Positions 29,448-36,200 of a stretch of 64,000 nucleotides of DNA are shown piece by piece. The notes beneath the pieces are model-generated. The model did no database searches and was not told the DNA's origin. It saw nothing but the letters and a program-made list of their open reading frames with translations. The stretch comes from Candidatus Uhrbacteria bacterium (lineage in GTDB: Bacteria; Patescibacteriota; Patescibacteriia; UBA9934): NCBI GenBank assembly GCA_003453595.1, contig DMOG01000026.1, positions 6,567-70,566 of the forward strand. The letters run 5' to 3'. Position 1 is the first letter of the stretch. Each line of letters begins with the position of its first letter. The translations under genes and the position numbers were made by a program.

Positions 29448-29707
29448 GTCGAGATGGAGAGACTTATTCCCCACTTCGAACGAAGAGAGAAGTCTTCTCG
29501 ATGAAATCTATCGTCGCTCTGCTCCTCGGGATGGGAAATAGAAGTCGAGATAGGACAAGACTCATTCCCCACTTCGAACGAAGAGAGAAGTCTTCTCGAG
29601 AAGATCTCTCGTCGCTCTGCTCCTCGAGATGGGGAAAAAGAAGTCGAGAGATGGGAAATGCACTCCTCGACTCCTCGCGTAAACGCTCGGTCGCTCGGAA
29701 TGACGGC
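29448..29707. repeat. Two ~98-bp tandem palindromic units plus a CGCTCGGAATGAC end
   Basis: GACT(T/C)ATTCCCCACTTCGAACGAAGAGAGAAGTCTTCTCGA...TCGTCGCTCTGCTCCTCG starts at 29461 and 29559. Confidence 0.85.
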
Positions 29708-29802
29708 ATATGGAATACAAATATATAAAAAGCCGTCAAAAGCGAACACCCCCATGACCGAAGTCTTGGGGGTGACGGAAGGGGGTTGAGAGAGGCCGCC
29801 GT

Positions 29803-30504
29803 CTACATGAAGTAGTACCAGGCGTCGCAGCCCTCCTCGGGGGTGGTGGCGGAGGTGCCGGTGCTCCAGCCGAGCGACTGGACGCCGGACAGGCCGTCGG
29901 TGGTGGTGTCGATGGTCTCGTCCGAGAAGTAGAACTGACCGGCCAGCCCGCAACTGGTCCCGTCCAGGTTCGACGAGGCGTACGAGTACGCACCGTCGTC
30001 CACCCGCTCGACGTTGAGCTTCAGCGAGTAGAACTCGCTGTCGCAGTCGAACTCGCCCTCGACCCACGCCGCGTTGGTCGCGGTGCCGACGGCGTTGCCG
30101 TTGCCCCAGGAGGAGCAGACAGCGTTGTCACCGGCGTCGTAGGCGATGACCCAGAGGGACATCGCGTCATGCGACTGGACACCCCAGTACCCGAGGTACC
30201 AAGTGTCGGCGTCGGCATCGGCGTCGGCATCGGCGTCGGCATCGGCGTCGGCATCGGCGTCCGCGTCCGCATCCGCATCGGCGTCGGCGTCCGCGTCCGC
30301 ATCGGCGTCCGCGTCGGCATCCGCGTCGGTGTCGCTGTCGGCATCGGCGTCGGTGTCCGCGTCCTCTTCCCCGTCGCCGGGGTTGAGGTCACGATCGCCG
30401 TCGTCGGCGACGTAGCCGGTGTCGACGTCGTCGCGGTCGCGGGGCTGGGACAGGTCGGTGCAGCCGACGAGGGCTGCGATCATGGTGATCAGGAAATACC
30501 GCAT
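29803..30504 (-). CDS. High-GC lipoprotein with Asp-Ala tract and Cys/Trp-rich C-terminal domain
   Basis: MRYFLITMIAALVG-CTDLS lipobox; (DA)n tract at about 30205-30363; GGAG SD; TAG stop; hairpin at 29747-29774. Confidence 0.85.
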   Translation of the reverse strand: MRYFLITMIAALVGCTDLSQPRDRDDVDTGYVADDGDRDLNPGDGEEDADTDADADSDTDADADADADADADADADADADADADADADADADADADADADTWYLGYWGVQSHDAMSLWVIAYDAGDNAVCSSWGNGNAVGTATNAAWVEGEFDCDSEFYSLKLNVERVDDGAYSYASSNLDGTSCGLAGQFYFSDETIDTTTDGLSGVQSLGWSTGTSATTPEEGCDAWYYFM

Positions 30505-30607
30505 TTTCTTTCTCCGATTTTGGCCCTTTCGAGCCGGGGGGTGGAAGGCCTTTCGGCCGTTTTTTGAAGGTGTGACAGTCGGGATTGAACCAACATGTCA
30601 ACAGAGC

Positions 30608-30636
30608 AGGATATCACAAAATAGGGGTTTTGTCAA
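30608..30636 (-). promoter_or_regulatory. sigma70 promoter of the DA-repeat lipoprotein
   Basis: TTGACA-AAACCCCTATTTTGTGA-TATCCT (17-nt spacer, TG extension). Confidence 0.7.
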
Positions 30637-30694
30637 GGGGTTGGGTTGTAAAATGCACTAAAACCAGCCATTTTTGGCTGGTTTTTGAGGTTTT

Positions 30695-30920
30695 GATAGG
30701 CAACCACCCCACACCCCTCCTTGGGAAGGAGGGGAATCGAGACTCGGTCTCTCCCCCTTAGTAAGGGGGTCTTTTGCACATCATCTATTGACAAATCTGG
30801 CAAAATGGGCTAAGGTTCAGCGTTCATTATCAAAGAAGCGGAAGCCTCAACAACCACCCCTCCTCCTTCGCACAAGGCTACGGAGGACTATCGCAATTCC
30901 TCCTTGGGAAAGGAGGGGAG
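30695..30920. repeat. Cluster of family-A repeats (one with a nested family-B hairpin) around a TTGACA-17-TAAGGT promoter
   Basis: GATAGGCAACCACCCCACACCCCTCCTTGGGAAGGAGGGG; CAACCACCCC-TCCTCCTTCGCACAAGGCTACGGAGGA-...CCTCCTTGGGAAAGGAGGGG; TTGACA at 30788. Confidence 0.8.
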
Positions 30921-31092
30921 CCTGAGCCAAAAAGGAAAAAACTCGGCTTTTACAATATCTGCACAAAATCGTGAAGATATTATACAAGCCGAGTTCCGAT
31001 TCCCGAAACCGGCCCGTGCCCGTCCCTCAATCCCCTTTGCGGGGCGGAGCGGGCATCACCCCCAAAGGCGGAGACCCCGCCAAGGAGGCGCC

Positions 31093-31620
31093 ATGCGCAA
31101 CCTGATGTGTCTGATCACCATCCTGCTGGCCTCGGCCTGCACGGATCTGTCCGGAAACCAGAACGGCGAGGAGACCTACGTCCCGTCCATGTCGTCCGAC
31201 GACATGGACAGCGATGGCCTGGTCGACGGCTACGACTCCGACGAGATCGTCGGCCCCATCGCCAGCTACCCGACGGAGCTCTGGGTGAACGCTGGCGCCC
31301 TGTCCTTCCCCTGGATGGGTGAGGAGATGTCCTTCCAGTGCCGCGACCACAACGGCCGGGTGCTGGACTTCGCCTGGCAGTACTGGTACAACGGCGAGGC
31401 CACCCCCGCCAACACCTGGTTCGTCGCCTACATCGACGACCGGGCCGGCGAAGGAGACTGGCTCTGCGCCTTCACCCGCAACGACCGGTCGGTGCTCGAC
31501 ATCACCGTGTCCAACGACCCCCTGGTCTGGACGCACGGCGGCGTCTGCATCTACCAGGCCAACAACGGCGTCTACCAGGCGCCGGGCAACAACTCCTGCG
31601 ACGACATCCGAGGCCTCTAG
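31093..31620 (+). CDS. High-GC lipoprotein (175 aa), Cys/Trp-rich
   Basis: AAGGAGG SD, ATG at 31093; MRNLMCLITILLASA-CTDLS; TAG stop; hairpin at 31643-31677. Confidence 0.85.
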   Translation: MRNLMCLITILLASACTDLSGNQNGEETYVPSMSSDDMDSDGLVDGYDSDEIVGPIASYPTELWVNAGALSFPWMGEEMSFQCRDHNGRVLDFAWQYWYNGEATPANTWFVAYIDDRAGEGDWLCAFTRNDRSVLDITVSNDPLVWTHGGVCIYQANNGVYQAPGNNSCDDIRGL

Positions 31621-31700
31621 CCTCGACCGTCGCCCAATCCTTGAACCCCCGACAGCTCAGCTGAGTATCGGGGGTTCTGTGCGTTTAGGTTATAGAACTT

Positions 31701-31805
31701 GATAGGCAACCACCCCCCCCACCCCTCCTTGGGAAGGAGGGGAGACCGAGGTGCGGGGATCGCGTGATAGGCAACCACCCCTAACCCCTCCTTGGGAAGG
31801 AGGGG
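31701..31805 (+). repeat. Two tandem family-A repeats; the second overlaps the rmlD 3' end
   Basis: GATAGGCAACCACCCC...CCCCTCCTTGGGAAGGAGGGG at 31701 and 31766. Confidence 0.9.
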
Positions 31806-32656
31806 TGGTTAGATAAGAACTCTGCTAGTGCTTCGGTGCGGGGGCGGAGTTTTGGGAACTTTGTGTTTGCTAGTGGCGAGTAGTGTGGACATTTTGCCAG
31901 TCGGGGAAAATCACTTCTTGGGCATGGTCGATAGTTTTCTGTGATTCCCATGGCTTCAAAAACTTCTTTGGCAAATCCGTAAACACTGACAGGCTCACCT
32001 TCGTTAACTAGGTGATAGATGCCAGGACAATAGTCTTTTTCCATTAACTCCAGTACGGCGCGAGCTGCGTCCAAAGCGTAGGTTGGTAAACCATATTCAT
32101 CGTCAGCGATCTTTAAGTCTGGCAAATCACGGTTTAAACGAAGCATGATGTCGATAAAGCCTTCTTTGCCACTCTCCCCTGTAGCCTGATTACCAAACAG
32201 TTTAACAACTCGACAAATAAAGGTTTTATCACAAGCTTGCAAAGCCAATCTTTCCCCTTCAAGCTTTGTTTCACCGTATTTTGAAATTGGATTTGGAGTG
32301 TCATCCTCTTGATAATAATCCCCTTTTTCCCCATCAAAAACATAGTCAGTACTAAAATGCACAAACCTAGCGTGGACAATCTGAGCGGCCTTGGCAAGAT
32401 TCTCTGGTCCTTTGGCATTGATCTTCATGGCCAACTCAAAGATCTCTGGCTCTTCAACTTTATCGACAAGATTGTAAGCAGCGGCATTGATAATCACCTC
32501 TGGTTTCTTGTCTTGAACAAAGCTCAAAACTGATTCTATGTCTGTGATATCAAGATCTTTTCGAGTAGCTGAAATAACCTTATGACCAGCAGATTCAAAA
32601 ACCTCAACCAAGTATTGGCCAAGCATTCCTTGTGAACCTGTGATCATTGTTTTCAT
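31781..32656 (-). CDS. rfbD: dTDP-4-dehydrorhamnose reductase
   Basis: ITGSQGMLG, STDYVFDG, YGETK. Confidence 0.93.
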   Translation of the reverse strand: MKTMITGSQGMLGQYLVEVFESAGHKVISATRKDLDITDIESVLSFVQDKKPEVIINAAAYNLVDKVEEPEIFELAMKINAKGPENLAKAAQIVHARFVHFSTDYVFDGEKGDYYQEDDTPNPISKYGETKLEGERLALQACDKTFICRVVKLFGNQATGESGKEGFIDIMLRLNRDLPDLKIADDEYGLPTYALDAARAVLELMEKDYCPGIYHLVNEGEPVSVYGFAKEVFEAMGITENYRPCPRSDFPRLAKCPHYSPLANTKFPKLRPRTEALAEFLSNHPSFPRRG

Positions 32657-32681
32657 AAAAGTGGTAAAGGTTAGTGACCAT

Positions 32682-33227
32682 TTAGAACCTTTTTTTCAAA
32701 AACTCCGCCAAGGTCATGGCCTGTGAGTCGCGGGTTGATAAAATTGGATCGCCATCGAGGGGCCACTTAATATTTATTTCCGGATCATTCCAAGCAATGC
32801 CGGCATCGAGATCTGAGTTAAAAGTATTGGAAACTTTGTATTGAAGTTCGCAATCAGTAAATGCATAAAAGCCATGAGCAAAACCTTCTGGCACAAAAAT
32901 CATTTTTTTGTTTTCTTCAGAAAGCTCAAGTCCAAACCATTGTTTGTAAGTAGGTGAACCAGCTCGCAAATCTACAGCCACATCCCAAAGTCGTCCGCAA
33001 GTACAGCGAACAAGTTTGGCCATTGGCTTTGGATCTTGTTGAAAGTGAAGACCACGAAGAACACCTTTAGCTGATTTGGAATGATTGTCTTGAACAAAGA
33101 TTGTATTCAATCCCAACGCATCAAACTTATCCTTGTTATAAGACTCAAAGAAAAAACCCCGATCATCACCATGAACTTCTGGCTCAATGATTATTAAATC
33201 TGGAATTGTGGTTTTTATTGTTTTCAT
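32682..33227 (-). CDS. rfbC: dTDP-4-dehydrorhamnose 3,5-epimerase
   Basis: DDRGFFFE, QDNHS, VLRGLHFQ, DVAVDLR, GFAHGF. Confidence 0.95.
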   Translation of the reverse strand: MKTIKTTIPDLIIIEPEVHGDDRGFFFESYNKDKFDALGLNTIFVQDNHSKSAKGVLRGLHFQQDPKPMAKLVRCTCGRLWDVAVDLRAGSPTYKQWFGLELSEENKKMIFVPEGFAHGFYAFTDCELQYKVSNTFNSDLDAGIAWNDPEINIKWPLDGDPILSTRDSQAMTLAEFLKKRF

Positions 33228-33259
33228 GGGGGGAAATAGATTAAGAAAGGAGGGAAAAT

Positions 33260-33368
33260 CGAGACTCGGTCTCTCCCCCTTAGTAAGGGGGAGTAGGAGG
33301 GGGTTAATATAGCTTCCACTTTATAAAATAACCTCCCCTAACCCCTCCTTAAAAAGGAGGGGAACCGG
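33260..33368. repeat. Family-A inverted doublet
   Basis: GAGACTCGGTCTCTCCCCCTTAGTAAGGGGGAG...AATATAGCTTCC...CCCCTCCTTAAAAAGGAGGGG. Confidence 0.85.
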
Positions 33369-33386
33369 GTTTGAGACAGTTTATTA

Positions 33387-34397
33387 TCAAGTCAATCTAC
33401 CAACATTTTCTTCGTACCATTTTCGGTAGCCTGAGCTTTGTTTGATTGGCTTCCACCATGACTCATTTTCCTGATACCAACGGATCATTTGCTCAAGACC
33501 TTGTTCAAAAGTAACTTGCGGCTTCCAGTTAAGCTCTGTGCTTATTTTAGAATAATTGATTGCATAACGACGGTCCTGCCCTGGTCGATCTTGGGTAAAC
33601 TTTAGCATTTCTTCGTGCGCGCCCATAGCTTTGATAACTGCCCTGGCAGTTTGGGCAATGCTAAGTTCAGCGTCTCCGCCCATCATGTATGTGTGACCAA
33701 TTTGACCTCGTTCAATAATAGCCAATATACCAAGCGCATGATCACGGGCAGTAATCCAGTCACGGATTTGTCGACCATCACCCTGCACACTGATTGGACG
33801 GTTTTCCATGAGGTTAGTAATAGCAATGGCCAAAAACTTCTCAGGATATAAATAGGGACCATAGTTATTGGTGCAGTTTGAGATTGTTCCGCGCAAAGCA
33901 TGAGAATGAACTGCGGCGCGCACAAGATGATCTGAAGCGGCTTTGGTGGCACTATATGGATTACGAGGATCGTAGGGAGTAGCTTCATGGAACTTTGGAT
34001 CATCTGGACCAAGCGAACCAAAAACTTCGTCAGTACTAACATGATGAAAACGCTTGCCGTGTCTTACACAAGCATCAATTAGTCTTTGTACTCCTAAAAT
34101 GTTGGTTAAAATAAAAGGCTCATTATCCATGAGCGATCGATCAACATGAGTTTCTGCCGCAAAGTTTATAACAGCATCAACCTCTGAAACTAAAGTATTT
34201 ACCAAATCTTTGTCTGTGATTGAACCGTAGACAAACCGGTATCGAGGATGAGTCTGGATATCCAAGGTATTTGCTAGATTACCAGCATAGGTAAGGGCAT
34301 CCAAATTGATAACTTGCCAATCAGGCCGTTCAGCAAAGATCACACGAATAAAGTGCGATCCAATAAATCCACACCCTCCTGTGACTAATACTTTCAT
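33387..34397 (-). CDS. rfbB: dTDP-glucose 4,6-dehydratase
   Basis: VTGGCGFIGS, AAETHVDRS, HVSTDEVFG, YSATK, DRPGQDRRY. Confidence 0.95.
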   Translation of the reverse strand: MKVLVTGGCGFIGSHFIRVIFAERPDWQVINLDALTYAGNLANTLDIQTHPRYRFVYGSITDKDLVNTLVSEVDAVINFAAETHVDRSLMDNEPFILTNILGVQRLIDACVRHGKRFHHVSTDEVFGSLGPDDPKFHEATPYDPRNPYSATKAASDHLVRAAVHSHALRGTISNCTNNYGPYLYPEKFLAIAITNLMENRPISVQGDGRQIRDWITARDHALGILAIIERGQIGHTYMMGGDAELSIAQTARAVIKAMGAHEEMLKFTQDRPGQDRRYAINYSKISTELNWKPQVTFEQGLEQMIRWYQENESWWKPIKQSSGYRKWYEENVGRLT

Positions 34398-34421
34398 AGT
34401 ACCTTTTACTTTACATTCTTT

Positions 34422-34988
34422 TTACTTGAGATGCAATCCTTGCTCAATAATCTCCAAAACTCGAGGTTTTGCCAATTGCCAGCCGGCTAACATTGATCCA
34501 TCGGTTATTTCTCCTCCAGCCACCATATCTTCAAACATCTCAGCTGTACAAGAAAGTTGTTCAAACTCTTCGGTTGGATCTTTACGAGCAAATGTTGTGG
34601 CTAATCCATAGGCCACAAACACCCAAACAGTTTCCTGCACCCTACCATTGCTAGGATGGAAAAATCCAATCTTCTCCATGGTGCTTGCTTTCATTTGTGC
34701 TTCCTGAGCAAATTCTTCTGCAGCTGCCTGCTCTAAAGTTTGCCCTTCACCAACTCCACCGTTGGGAAACTCAAGGGTAAACTCATCACTCAAACATCGA
34801 TATTGCTTAACCATGGGCATACTGCCCTCTTCATCAATACCAATAATCACCACTGAGTCTGGAACTTTCAAAAAATAATAATCTGCTTGATTGCCATTTT
34901 GTAGATCAAACACAGCGTGTTCGTAACTTGACCATTTACTTTGCGCCACAGTCTCTTGCGAAACTTTCTTCCATCTTTCTAATGACAT
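34422..34988 (-). CDS. NUDIX hydrolase (ADP-ribose pyrophosphatase-like)
   Basis: VKQYR..LEFPNGG...AAAEEFAQE degenerate Nudix box. Confidence 0.85.
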   Translation of the reverse strand: MSLERWKKVSQETVAQSKWSSYEHAVFDLQNGNQADYYFLKVPDSVVIIGIDEEGSMPMVKQYRCLSDEFTLEFPNGGVGEGQTLEQAAAEEFAQEAQMKASTMEKIGFFHPSNGRVQETVWVFVAYGLATTFARKDPTEEFEQLSCTAEMFEDMVAGGEITDGSMLAGWQLAKPRVLEIIEQGLHLK

Positions 34989-34991
34989 ATT

Positions 34992-35396
34992 TTAAAGTTC
35001 TTGGCGAATTAATTGAGCCACTTGCGCCAACTCTTCTTGAGATGGTTTTTGTTTAATAAAAGTCCGGGCGTCACCTTCATAACGAGGCATGAAATGAAGA
35101 TGAGTATGAAACACATCCTGCCCGGCATCTTCTCCGTGGTTCATTCCTAAATTATAGCCTGTAGCTCCCAGCGCCTTTAGAATTGCTGGAGCGATCTGAT
35201 AAGTCGTGGTCATGATTGCTAGCGCGTCATCAAGCGATCCTGCTTGCATTATATCTGCATGTTGCTTTGGCACTATCAAAGTATGTCCTTTGCTAACTGG
35301 TCCAATGTCCAAAAAAGCAAAAGTCAAATTATCCTCATAAACCTTATGACAAGGAATCTCACCTTTGATAATTTTACAAAATAGACAATCATTCAT
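34992..35396 (-). CDS. HIT family hydrolase
   Basis: DCLFCKII, AFLDI, GQDVFHTHLH. Confidence 0.93.
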   Translation of the reverse strand: MNDCLFCKIIKGEIPCHKVYEDNLTFAFLDIGPVSKGHTLIVPKQHADIMQAGSLDDALAIMTTTYQIAPAILKALGATGYNLGMNHGEDAGQDVFHTHLHFMPRYEGDARTFIKQKPSQEELAQVAQLIRQEL

Positions 35397-35430
35397 ATGA
35401 TTATATTAAGGTTAATGGATCCGAGTTCAC

Positions 35431-35468
35431 ACTCCCCCTTCCCAAGGGGGAGGTAGAGGGGGTTGCCC
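35431..35468 (-). repeat. Family-A repeat directly 3' of the DUF559 gene
   Basis: Reverse complement GGGCAACCCCCTCTACCTCCCCCTTGGGAAGGGGGAGT. Confidence 0.85.
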
Positions 35469-35470
35469 AC

Positions 35471-35821
35471 TTATTGTAGCGCTTTTTTGACTTTATTCAA
35501 AACTGATTCCAAATCTTCATATATCTAATTATTAATGAAGCGAAGTATTATTAAGCCTTGTTCCACAAAAAAATTATCTCTTATTCGGTCATGCAATTTT
35601 CCACTCTCTTGATAGTGCGAATCACCATCCACTTCGATAACCAATTTCTTCTCAGGGCAATAAAAATCGGCTATATATACTCCTATACCATGTTGCCGAC
35701 GGAACTTTACTCCTAATTGTGATCTGCTCAAATATCTCCAGAGAATCTGCTCTGCTTTTGAACAATCAGACCTTAATTGGCTTCGTTTACTTTTTTGAAT
35801 TCTCTGATTAAAAACTTTCAT
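35471..35821 (-). pseudogene. DUF559 (Vsr-like) endonuclease with an in-frame TAG near the C-terminus
   Basis: AEQILWRYL, FRRQH, YIADFYC, IEVDGDSH, D..RD, LRF.N; frame reads RFINN*IYEDLESVLNKVKKALQ to TAA at 35471. Confidence 0.8.
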
Positions 35822-35825
35822 ATAA

Positions 35826-35863
35826 TAGGCAACCACCCCTACCCCCTCCTTGGGAAGGAGGGG
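35826..35863 (+). repeat. Family-A repeat directly 5' of the DUF559 gene
   Basis: ATAGGCAACCACCCCTACCCCCTCCTTGGGAAGGAGGGG. Confidence 0.9.
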
Positions 35864-35867
35864 TGCG

Positions 35868-36200
35868 CTAATTATCGGCTTTTAATAAGACAAACGGCAG
35901 CGCAAGTCCGATCAAGGAAATAAAAATTCTGAAATCTCCAAATGTTGTTCCTTCGCGCCAGAGAATGATCATGAGCAATAGTCCGACAAAAATCTTAAAA
36001 ACAATCCACATCAAAGATCTACCCTTTCGCTCTATGGCAACCTGCGCCCACCAAATCCCAAAAACAATGGCTGGAATTAAAATCAAATGAACTGAAAATA
36101 CATAACTAACAAACCCAGGCCTAAGATACTCGCACAACAAAAAGAACCCATAACTAATTACGCTCACTAAAAATCCTGTTTTAGCAATTACATCTTTCAT
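35868..36200 (-). CDS. Small integral membrane protein
   Basis: Four hydrophobic segments; overlaps the stop of the upstream gene. Confidence 0.7.
   Translation of the reverse strand: MKDVIAKTGFLVSVISYGFFLLCEYLRPGFVSYVFSVHLILIPAIVFGIWWAQVAIERKGRSLMWIVFKIFVGLLLMIILWREGTTFGDFRIFISLIGLALPFVLLKADN

Noticed and set aside
29405-29739. ORFs across the 98-bp tandem repeat, and a possible CRISPR array
   Set aside because: These are translations of palindromic repeats; there are only two near-identical long units, no unique spacers and no cas genes
30205-30363. GCATCG/GCGTCG hexamer run as a non-coding VNTR
   Set aside because: It is the coding Asp-Ala tract; synonymous variation indicates protein-level selection
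30904-31092. N-terminal extension of the 238-aa ORF
   Set aside because: Starts inside a family-A repeat; the signal peptide and SD place the start at 31093
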